32,000 nucleotides of DNA from Alkalilimnicola ehrlichii MLHE-1 (GTDB taxonomy: Bacteria > Pseudomonadota > Gammaproteobacteria > Nitrococcales > Halorhodospiraceae), in assembly GCF_000014785.1 (NCBI RefSeq), contig NC_008340.1, positions 2,460,001 through 2,492,000 of the forward strand, in the 5' to 3' direction. Within the stretch, counting starts at the first letter, position 1; each line of letters begins with the position of its first letter. The notes beneath the pieces were generated by a model. That model was not told the origin of the DNA. It saw nothing but the letters and a program-made list of their open reading frames with translations, and ran no database searches. The translations under genes were made by a program, and so were the position numbers. Below are positions 18,196 to 32,000 of this stretch, one piece after another.

Positions 18196-20825
18196 GGCGA
18201 CACCTCCAACGGCGGCGCCAGCGGCTTCCCGCCCGGCACAGTGGCAAAGGCGTGAGAGGCGAAGGCGGGCAGGGCCACGCGGTCGGTGGTGACGGCGATC
18301 TCCAGGCTGTTGGCGCCCCGCCCCAACCGCTGCAGCACCTCGGCGGGGACCGACACGCGCCAGCGTTCCTCGCCGCGGTATTCGGCCTCGCCCCGGTGGG
18401 CCAGCCGGTTGTCACCGTCGAAGAGCAGGAACTGGACCTGCTGGATGGCCTCACGGGGATAGGGCTCGCCCTCGAAGGTGACGGCCAGCTCAAAGGCCAC
18501 CGATTCCCCGTGGGCCACCACCACCGGCCCGTCCAGGGTCAGCTCGGGGATCTGCGGCTCGGCGAACTGCAGCCACTTGTCCGCCGGGTCGGGGAAGTCC
18601 GTGAACCGGCGCAGCACCACGCTGCCGTCCACGGGGTGCACGCCGCGCAGGTAGAAGGGCCCGTCGCCCACGTAAAAGTGCCCCCGGGCGGCGTACCAAT
18701 CCGCCAGGGCCTGGTAACGCGCGGCCGCCTCATCCGGCGTCAGGTACTGGGCGAGCGTCGGGGCATAGGGCAGATGGTCGGTCTGTTGCAGCCGCTCCAG
18801 TTGGCGCCTGAGCACCGGCAGGCTCGGTCCTGAGACCAGACTCAACCAGTCCACCCGCAACCGGTCGGCCTTGTTGGAGGAGAAGGCCAGACTGCCCTCG
18901 CGCTCGGCCATAATCCCCAGGGCCAACATGTGCCAGGGGGTGGTGCCGGGGGCGCGGGCGGCGACAATGGTCTCGGCATCCGGGAAGATCTGGTCGCTGT
19001 AGACGTCGATCACCAGCGGGTCCTCCGAGACGATGTGCCAGCCGCGGAAATGGCGACGGAAGGCCTCGTAGGCCGGCACGTGGGCGACGTCGAACAGCGG
19101 GCTATCCTCGTCGGCACGCTCGAAGGTGAGGATCCAGGGCAACACCACGTCGGCCAACGAGGCGCGGGTGCCGTCGTGGAAGCGGCGCTCCAGGTAGCCC
19201 GGCTCGTAGATCAACCGCACCCGGGTGCGGGCGGTGAGCCCGTCCGGCTCAGCCTCGGCGGCGGTCACAAAGCGCTGCTCGCCGCTGTCCCAGTCCACCC
19301 AGGCCCCGTCCGGCACACGGATCGTCTCGACAGTGTCCACCTGCACCCAGTCCAGCGTGCTGTTCACCGGGGTCTCGGCCTCCACGGTGACCTCGGCACG
19401 CGCCAGGCGCTGGGGGTGGTGCAGGCCGGTGAAGGGGTCGGGCAGCACCGGCGGGTCGCTGAGCGCGCGGGTGATCATCCGGTCGAAGATCCAGTTGCTC
19501 CCCGCGATGGGGTTCCAGGGCTCGGTGATGATCTCCGGCGTGCCGATGACCACCCGGCCACCCAGCCGCCCCTCGTAGCCCAGGGTGTAGGGCCATAGGG
19601 CAGAGCCGGACGTGCCGCCTGCCAGGTCCCCGGCCAGGTTCACGTCGCGGGCCCGGGGCCAGACATTGAGTTGGTCCACCAGCCAGACCCGGGCGGAATC
19701 CCCCATGGCCAGGTCGAGGGCCTGGCGCATCAGGGCCTGGCGCTCGTCCCAGTCCCGGTAGTCGCGGCGCTGCAGCCGGTCGGCAATGTCGTCGAAGGTG
19801 GGGTCCGGCTCGTAGGCCTGCCAGAGGGGTTCGGCGCGCCCGCGCGGGGTGTAGTAATAGCTGAAGTTCTCCGCCTGGTCGCGCTGGATCAGGGTGGAGA
19901 CCCAGGCCCCGGTGTAGATGTGCCAGCGCCCCCCCGACGGGTCGCCGGCAATCCAGATCCGCGAGGCCTCCTCGGCGGTGCGGTAGAGCCGCTCCACCCG
20001 GAACCCCTCCGCCTCCAGCAGGTTGCCCAGGTAATCGCCGATGCGGCGGCGCTCGTCGTCGTTGCGGATGAGCAGGGTGAGCTGCACCGGCTCGCCCCCG
20101 TAGTACCACTGCCCCTCCCGCAGCTCCGCGCCCAGCCGCCCCATCTCGTGGCGGATCACCTCGCGGGCCCGGGCCGGATTGTGGGCGTAACGCAGCTCCA
20201 GCTCACGGGCGGTCTCGGCCAGGCGGGCATAATCCGGGAAGGCGGTGCTCAACGGCAGGTAGCGGGGCACCGCCAGGCCGCCGTAGATCTCCTCGGCCAC
20301 GTGGCGCCGGTTGACCAGCCAGTTGAGCGCCTCACGCATGGCCGGTACGGCGAAGGGGTTGAGCCGGCCGTCGGCAAACTCCGGACCGGAGGGGTTGAGG
20401 GTGAGCTCCACCGAGGTGCCGTAGGAGAGGTCGTGGGCGGTGGCGGCGGAATCGCGCAGCCGGTGGAACAGACCCGGCCGGGTGATGCCCTGGGCGAACA
20501 CCTGGTGGCTGCCGCGCTCGATCAGCCCGGTCACCTGACCCACGTCCCGCTGCTCAGTGAACACCACCTCGTCCACCAGCGCACCGCGTCGCGCCTCGAG
20601 CTGGCCCCGGTCGGCGGGCTGGCCACGGTCCACCACCTGGTGGCCCTCACCGGCGCCGCCGGCCAACCAGCCCACCAGGGCCAGCAGCAACGCCAACGCC
20701 ACCAGGGGGAACAGCCATCCTCGCAATCGACCCAACTGCACAGCCCTCCGGAAGTCCTGACCGCCTGCCGGCGCCGCCATCGCCCACCCCTGTCCGGGGC
20801 GACCCCGGCAGGCCCCTCCCCGCAT
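18192..20825 (-). CDS. ABC transporter substrate-binding protein, family 5 (peptide/nickel), unusually large
   Basis: N-terminal signal/anchor (WLFPLVALALLLALVGWLAG), a family-5 SBP-like core, then a C-terminal beta-rich extension of about 250 aa. First gene of the importer operon. An alternative ATG lies at 20780. Confidence 0.8.
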   Translation of the reverse strand: MRGGACRGRPGQGWAMAAPAGGQDFRRAVQLGRLRGWLFPLVALALLLALVGWLAGGAGEGHQVVDRGQPADRGQLEARRGALVDEVVFTEQRDVGQVTGLIERGSHQVFAQGITRPGLFHRLRDSAATAHDLSYGTSVELTLNPSGPEFADGRLNPFAVPAMREALNWLVNRRHVAEEIYGGLAVPRYLPLSTAFPDYARLAETARELELRYAHNPARAREVIRHEMGRLGAELREGQWYYGGEPVQLTLLIRNDDERRRIGDYLGNLLEAEGFRVERLYRTAEEASRIWIAGDPSGGRWHIYTGAWVSTLIQRDQAENFSYYYTPRGRAEPLWQAYEPDPTFDDIADRLQRRDYRDWDERQALMRQALDLAMGDSARVWLVDQLNVWPRARDVNLAGDLAGGTSGSALWPYTLGYEGRLGGRVVIGTPEIITEPWNPIAGSNWIFDRMITRALSDPPVLPDPFTGLHHPQRLARAEVTVEAETPVNSTLDWVQVDTVETIRVPDGAWVDWDSGEQRFVTAAEAEPDGLTARTRVRLIYEPGYLERRFHDGTRASLADVVLPWILTFERADEDSPLFDVAHVPAYEAFRRHFRGWHIVSEDPLVIDVYSDQIFPDAETIVAARAPGTTPWHMLALGIMAEREGSLAFSSNKADRLRVDWLSLVSGPSLPVLRRQLERLQQTDHLPYAPTLAQYLTPDEAAARYQALADWYAARGHFYVGDGPFYLRGVHPVDGSVVLRRFTDFPDPADKWLQFAEPQIPELTLDGPVVVAHGESVAFELAVTFEGEPYPREAIQQVQFLLFDGDNRLAHRGEAEYRGEERWRVSVPAEVLQRLGRGANSLEIAVTTDRVALPAFASHAFATVPGGKPLAPPLEVSP

Positions 20826-21022
20826 GGTACAGAAGCCACCGCGCCTCTTTTAGCACAATCCACCGCCGCACCGACACGGCCCGGCCCGCCACAGGCGATA
20901 CGCGGCCGGACCAGGGGTGACGCCATGCCGACGGCGCTGGCCGTGAAGAGGCGTTAGACTGTTACAGTACAGGGCACCGCGCGGCGGGCCCAAGCAGCGA
21001 GCCACCAGCACAGGGAGAGCCC

Positions 21023-21622
21023 ATGCGCCGATTCAGACCCTACACCGTTGCCCTTTTGGCCGCCGGCCTCCTGCTGGCCCCACTCACCCTCAACGCCCAG
21101 CCGCCGGGGCACGCCGGCCCCGGTGCCGCCGGCGCCGAGCGTGGCCCGCCGGGGCAACGGTCCGAGCCGCGTAGCAGCGACCAGCGCCGGGACGACCGGC
21201 AGCGCTCGGACGACCGGGTGGAACGCTGGCGCAGCGAGTATGGCGAGGGCCGGTTCCGCGATCAGGAGCGGGAGATCATCCGCGAATGGCTGCGCGAGCG
21301 CCAGGATGAGACCGTCGCCGGCGGCCCACCAGGACGACCGCAGACCCCGGGGCGTTCCGGCGGCCAGCGTACCCTGCCCCCGGGCCTGCAGCAGCGCCTG
21401 GAGCGGGGCGGCGAGCTGCCGCCCGGCTGGCAACGCAAGGTGGCCCGCGGCGAGGTGGTGGACAGCGAGCTGATCCGCTACAGCCGGGTCTCCCCGGACC
21501 TGCGCCGGCGTCTGCCCCGGCAGCCAACGGACACGGAGTTGCTGGAGCTGGAGGACCAGGTCGTGCGGGTCCTCGAGACCACCGGCCTGGTGCTGGATGT
21601 CCTCGATATCCTGACGGAGTAA
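21023..21622 (+). CDS. Secreted Arg/Asp/Glu-rich protein, CigR/RcnB-like (LPPG repeat)
   Basis: Signal peptide (AGLLLAPLTLNAQ). C-terminal LPPGLQQRLERGGELPPGWQRKVARG...ELEDQVVRV resembles CigR-family periplasmic proteins. Confidence 0.55.
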   Translation: MRRFRPYTVALLAAGLLLAPLTLNAQPPGHAGPGAAGAERGPPGQRSEPRSSDQRRDDRQRSDDRVERWRSEYGEGRFRDQEREIIREWLRERQDETVAGGPPGRPQTPGRSGGQRTLPPGLQQRLERGGELPPGWQRKVARGEVVDSELIRYSRVSPDLRRRLPRQPTDTELLELEDQVVRVLETTGLVLDVLDILTE

Positions 21623-21655
21623 CGGGCCGGACGGCTGGCGTGAAGGGTGGTGATC

Positions 21656-21686
21656 GGCGTGGCGCGCGCTTCACCCGCGCCACGCC
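21656..21686. terminator. GC-rich hairpin between convergent genes (possible bidirectional terminator)
   Basis: ggcgtggcgcg (21656-21666) pairs perfectly with cgcgccacgcc (21676-21686), with a 9-nt loop. No U-tract on either strand. Confidence 0.35.
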
Positions 21687-21694
21687 GGCGGCGG

Positions 21695-22084
21695 TCACTG
21701 GTGGCAGTCGTAGCCCAGCGCCTCCAGACCCTCCTCCAGGTAATCCGGTGCCAACGGCGTGGAGAGCAGGTACTCCCCGGTGCGTGGGGTCCAGCCCTGC
21801 TGCGCCGCGGCCCGCGCACCGGACCAGTCGTCGGCCTCGAAATCACCCCGCCCCAACCACATGAGGGCCACCAGCTCCATCTGCTGATCCGGTTCCAGAT
21901 CGGCGATGGTCTCCACGCACTCCTGGTAGGTCAGGTCATCGGCGTGGCCGGCCAGGACCTGCATGGCCCAATCCTCGCTGTAACTGGTGGGACCATCGTC
22001 CGGGATGACCACGTCCTCCTGGGCCTGAAACTCCCGGATCCGCTGGATCAGGTTGCAGACCAGGTCGGGGTTCACGTTGAGCAT
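21695..22084 (-). CDS. DUF3775 domain protein
   Basis: MLNVNPDLVCNLIQRIREFQAQ...ELVALMWLGRGDF...DYLEEGLEALGYDC fits the DUF3775 pattern. The ATG at 22084 is preceded by AAGGAGG; the track ORF start at 22132 is an extension. Confidence 0.7.
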   Translation of the reverse strand: MLNVNPDLVCNLIQRIREFQAQEDVVIPDDGPTSYSEDWAMQVLAGHADDLTYQECVETIADLEPDQQMELVALMWLGRGDFEADDWSGARAAAQQGWTPRTGEYLLSTPLAPDYLEEGLEALGYDCHQ

Positions 22085-22183
22085 GGCGGCCTCCTTGGCG
22101 GCACTGGGCCGGACCCATTCGCGGTGTGGCAATACCAGCGTACCCCAGTGGGCGCCCCTTGCAAGCGCCTTTACAATGGGTCG

Positions 22184-23407
22184 ATGCTGCCCTTGCCTCG
22201 ATTCCTCCAGCCACGGCCTGAACTGGCCGCCTTTGCGCTATTGGCCACGGCCACCTCCGGCTTTGGCCAAACCTTCCTGATGTCGGTTTTCGGCGGCGAG
22301 ATTCGCGCGGCCTTCGACCTCAGCCACAGCGCCTACGGCACGCTCTACGGCGCCGCTACCCTGGTCAGCGCCCTGCTGCTGCTACGGGCCGGGGCCTGGG
22401 TGGACCACTGGCCGTTGCGCCGGGCGGTGGCGGTGACCCTGCTGTTGCTGGCACTGGGCTGCCTGACCGTGGGACTGGCCCCCACGGCGGCGTTACTGCT
22501 CCCAGGTTTCCTTCTCATCCGCTTCGCCGGCCAGGGGCTCAGCGCCCACCTGGGCCTGACCGCCGCCGGGCGCTATTTCTCCACCCACCGCGGCAAGGTC
22601 ATGGCCCTGGCGGCCAGCGGCTTTCCCCTCGCCGAGGCCCTGTTGCCGGCAGCGGCAGTGGCCATTATGGGGCTCGGGGGCTGGCGCATGCCCTGGCTCC
22701 TGGGCGCGGGTTTCCTGCTGCTCTGCATGCTGCCGCTGCTGCTGCGGCTCACCTGGCACGCCCCCAGTGCGGCGGAGGCCGCTCGGGAGGCGGGCGGCAC
22801 CGACAACGGCCATCGCCGGCGAGACGCTCTGCGGGATCCGGGCTTCTACCTGCTGCTGCCGGCGGTGCTCGCCGCCCCGTTCATCGTCACCGCCATGCTC
22901 TTCCACCAGGCTGCCATCGCCGAGGCCCGGGAATGGCCGCTGCCCCTCATGGGCGCCGCCTTCACCGGCTTCGCCGCCGGCCACCTGGCCAGCCTGCTGC
23001 TGGCCGGCCCACTGGTGGACCGCATCGGCGCCCACCGGGCCCTGCCCCTGGCCCTGGGGCCCATCGGCCTCGGCCTGTTGATCCTGGCCTTCGGCGGCGG
23101 TGGCGGGTGGGTGCCCTTCGCCTACCTGACACTCACCGGCGCAACGCTGGGCTGGGGCGCCACCGCCGGCGGCGCCATCTGGGCCGAGCGCTATGGCGTG
23201 CGCCACCTGGGCGCCATCCGGGCCATGGCCCACGGGGTAATGGTGGCCAGCACCGCGATCGCCCCGGTGGTGGCCGGGGTGCTGCTGGACCGGGGCTGGT
23301 CGGTGACCGCCCTGGCGGGTGCGATGGTGGGTTACGTGCTGGTGGCCGGCCTCTGCGCCCGGGCGGCCCCGGCACCGCCAGCGATGCGAGCCCCCGCCGG
23401 CGGCTGA
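22184..23407 (+). CDS. MFS transporter
   Basis: About 12 hydrophobic helices and an MFS-like loop motif (GAWVDHWPLRR). Start taken at ATG 22184 (MLPLPRF). The first 179 codons of the 586-aa track ORF are antisense to the DUF3775 gene. Confidence 0.8.
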   Translation: MLPLPRFLQPRPELAAFALLATATSGFGQTFLMSVFGGEIRAAFDLSHSAYGTLYGAATLVSALLLLRAGAWVDHWPLRRAVAVTLLLLALGCLTVGLAPTAALLLPGFLLIRFAGQGLSAHLGLTAAGRYFSTHRGKVMALAASGFPLAEALLPAAAVAIMGLGGWRMPWLLGAGFLLLCMLPLLLRLTWHAPSAAEAAREAGGTDNGHRRRDALRDPGFYLLLPAVLAAPFIVTAMLFHQAAIAEAREWPLPLMGAAFTGFAAGHLASLLLAGPLVDRIGAHRALPLALGPIGLGLLILAFGGGGGWVPFAYLTLTGATLGWGATAGGAIWAERYGVRHLGAIRAMAHGVMVASTAIAPVVAGVLLDRGWSVTALAGAMVGYVLVAGLCARAAPAPPAMRAPAGG

Positions 23408-23419
23408 ACCCGGCCCGCG

Positions 23420-24067
23420 TCAGGCGACGATGGCGGCGTCGCCCACAAAGGGATTGCTGCGACGCTCCTCGCCGAAGCTGCTGGCCGGTCCGTGGCCCGG
23501 GATGAAGGTCACATCATCCCCCAACGGGAAAAGCTTCTCGCGGATGGACTGCACCAGGGTGTCGTGATCGCCCCCCGGGAAATCCGAGCGGCCGATGGCG
23601 CCCTGGAACAGCAGGTCTCCGGTCAGGGCGTACCGGCTCTCCGGGTCAAAATAGGCCACATGGCCCGGGGTGTGTCCCGGCACCAGCACCACCCGCAGGG
23701 CCACCTCGCCCACCCGCACGATCTCACCGTCCTCCACCCAGTGGTCCGGCTCGAACGCCGGGGCCGGCGGGTGACCGAACATCCGGGCCTGCTCATCCAA
23801 CTGCGACAGGAGCTCCCGATCCGCCTGGTGCGGGCCGAAAATGGGCACCTGCAACCGGTCGGCCATCTCCCTGACCCCGCCCACGTGATCAATATGGGCA
23901 TGGGTCAGCAGGATACGGTCCACCGTCAGCCCCAGGTCCTCCACCTCGGCCAGCACCTTGTCCACCTCACCACCCGGATCGACCACCGCCGCCAGCCCGG
24001 TCCGCTCACAGGCCACGACGGCGCAGTTCTGCCGAAAGGAGGTCACCGGAATCACGTAGAGTTTCAT
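23420..24067 (-). CDS. MBL-fold metallo-hydrolase (GloB/YcbL-like hydroxyacylglutathione hydrolase family)
   Basis: THAHIDHVGG (HxHxDH), PGHTPGH, and downstream D/H ligands. Start at ATG 24067 (MKLYVIPV). Confidence 0.85.
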   Translation of the reverse strand: MKLYVIPVTSFRQNCAVVACERTGLAAVVDPGGEVDKVLAEVEDLGLTVDRILLTHAHIDHVGGVREMADRLQVPIFGPHQADRELLSQLDEQARMFGHPPAPAFEPDHWVEDGEIVRVGEVALRVVLVPGHTPGHVAYFDPESRYALTGDLLFQGAIGRSDFPGGDHDTLVQSIREKLFPLGDDVTFIPGHGPASSFGEERRSNPFVGDAAIVA

Positions 24068-24173
24068 GACAACCCCGAACAAAGTTTTTCAATCTGGAGT
24101 AATTCTAAATTCTAGCACAGCCGCGCCGTCACTGGCAGTATATGGCCTCTTCCTTCGGCGCTGGAGGTACGTA

Positions 24174-30701
<6,528 letters not shown>

Positions 30702-30745
30702 CCGGGCGCACGGCGACCGGCCCCCGGGTCGGCGCCCCTAAAACG

Positions 30746-30775
30746 ACGAAGGGGCGCCCGAGGGCGCCCCTTCGT
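30746..30775 (-). terminator. Rho-independent terminator hairpin between convergent uvrA-like and lpxC genes
   Basis: Perfect 14-bp stem acgaaggggcgccc/gggcgccccttcgt. On the minus strand it is followed by CGTTTTAG (lpxC side). It may also stop the plus-strand transcript. Confidence 0.7.
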
Positions 30776-30800
30776 CCGGTCGGAAGCTGACCGCCACCGA

Positions 30801-31718
30801 TCAGCCGGCCACCGCCAGCCCCGGTCGATCGTAGGCGATCGGCGAGTCGGAGGCCTGATCGAAGGTGACCTCCTCCCAGGCGTCCTCCTGCGCCAGCAGC
30901 GCCCGCAACAGCTTGTTGTTCAGCGAGTGCCCGGACTTATGGCCCTTGAAGGCCCCGATCAGGCTGTGGCCCAGCAGGTAGAGATCGCCGATGGCATCCA
31001 GGATCTTGTGCTTGACGAACTCATCCTGATAGCGCAGCCCGTCTTCGTTGAGGATGCGGTAGTCGTCCACCAGGATGGCGTTGTCCAGGCTGCCCCCCAG
31101 CGCCAGCCGGTTGGCCCGCAGCATCTCGATGTCGCGCATGAAGCCGAACGTGCGCGCACGGCTCACCTCCTTGACGAAGGAGGTGCTGGAGAAATCCAAT
31201 TCCGCGAAGCCGTTTTGCTCGGTGAACACCGGGTGGTCGAAATGCAGCGTGTAGCCCACCTTGAACCCGTTGAACGGCTCGAAGGCGGCCCACTTGTCGT
31301 CCTCCTCCACCCGCACCGGCTTGCGGATCCGGATGAACCGCTTCAGCGCATTCTGTTCCTCGATGCCCGCAGAACGGATCAGGAACACGAACGGCCCCGA
31401 ACTGCCGTCCATGATCGGCACCTCCGGGGCGCTCACCTCGACGAAGGCGTTGTCGATCCCCAGGCCGGCCATGGCGGAGAGCAGGTGCTCCACCGTGTAG
31501 ACCCGCGCCTCCCCCTGGGAGAGGCAGGTGGAGAGTCGGGTATCCCCGACGTTCAGCGCATGGCCGGGGATATCCACCGGCGGGTCCAGATCCACCCGTC
31601 GGAAGATAATACCGGTGTTGGCCGGCGCCGGTCGGAGGGTGAGGTACACCTTCTCGCCGGTGTGCAAGCCCACGCCAGTGGCGCGGATACTGTTCTTTAA
31701 CGTGCGCTGACGGATCAT
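30801..31718 (-). CDS. lpxC: UDP-3-O-acyl-N-acetylglucosamine deacetylase
   Basis: [44 protein letters not shown] is near-collinear with E. coli LpxC, and the length (305 aa) also matches. ATG at 31718; the track start at 31730 is an upstream TTG. Confidence 0.95.
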
Positions 31719-31890
31719 GTCGACGGCCAACTCCAGGGTTTATTGTTGCCAGTCACCGGCGTCTTCGGGCACAACGGGCCCGTGGGACGGCGGCGAGCGA
31801 CGTCATTCTACTGTAATCCACCGCACCGTGTATAGTGCAGTGCAACATAGCGCCGCGACCCTTTCCGGCCGGCACCGCCGGCGCCAGCGG

Positions 31891-32000
31891 TCAGTCCGCC
31901 TGACGCCGGAGGAAGGCGGGAATATCCAGGTATTCCATATCGCCCTCGTCTTCCACACCCGGCCGGTCGTTGGCCGCCTTCTTGCGGATCACCGTCGGCC
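31891..32000 (-). CDS. ftsZ: Cell division protein FtsZ, 3' end only (truncated by window edge)
   Basis: Minus-strand translation ends ...EDEGDMEYLDIPAFLRRQAD-stop, the conserved FtsZ C-terminal peptide. The position upstream of lpxC matches dcw cluster order. Not in the ORF track because it is too short in the window. Confidence 0.85.
   Translation of the reverse strand, partial: PTVIRKKAANDRPGVEDEGDMEYLDIPAFLRRQAD

Noticed and set aside
20954-20975. gactgttacagtacagg upstream of the CigR-like gene as a LexA-like operator
   Set aside because: The spacing is CTG-N8-CAG rather than CTG-N10-CAG, and the sequence is really a TACAG direct repeat. Evidence is insufficient for any operator call.
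24068-24173. LexA/SOS box upstream of the UvrA-like gene
   Set aside because: No CTGT-N8-ACAG-type palindrome is present. Only a short direct repeat (aattcta x2) and AT-rich sequence are visible.

Overview
High-GC (likely gammaproteobacterial) chromosomal window, densely coding with many 1-4 nt start/stop overlaps. Contents in order:
- An flp pilin and cpaA/tadV prepilin peptidase pair.
- A minus-strand type I secretion operon: acidic BapA-prefix substrate, TolC, ABC permease/ATPase, HlyD adaptor. An OmpA-family gene lies upstream of it.
- A divergent c-di-GMP module: a receiver-EAL protein plus a degenerate HD-GYP-like protein.
- Housekeeping or accessory genes: SLT-like lipoprotein, YigZ/IMPACT, DUF900 hydrolase.
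- A five-gene peptide/nickel-type ABC importer with an oversized binding protein.
- A CigR-like periplasmic protein, a DUF3775 protein, an MFS transporter and an MBL-fold hydrolase.
- A 6.5-kb ORF encoding two complete UvrA-like units fused in tandem (four ABC ATPase modules).
- lpxC and the 3' end of ftsZ (end of the dcw cluster).

The most unusual signal lies inside the fused UvrA-like ORF. Two copies of a nested palindromic element (181 nt and 291 nt) are inserted in frame at linker or loop positions. They share a conserved core, but their 29-30 bp closing stems have entirely different sequences that remain complementary. Next to copy A is a perfect (GGCGAGTCC)x11 tandem repeat encoding (GES)11. 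No rRNA, tRNA, CRISPR array or transposase gene was recognised. All functional calls come from motif recognition by eye; no database search was run.
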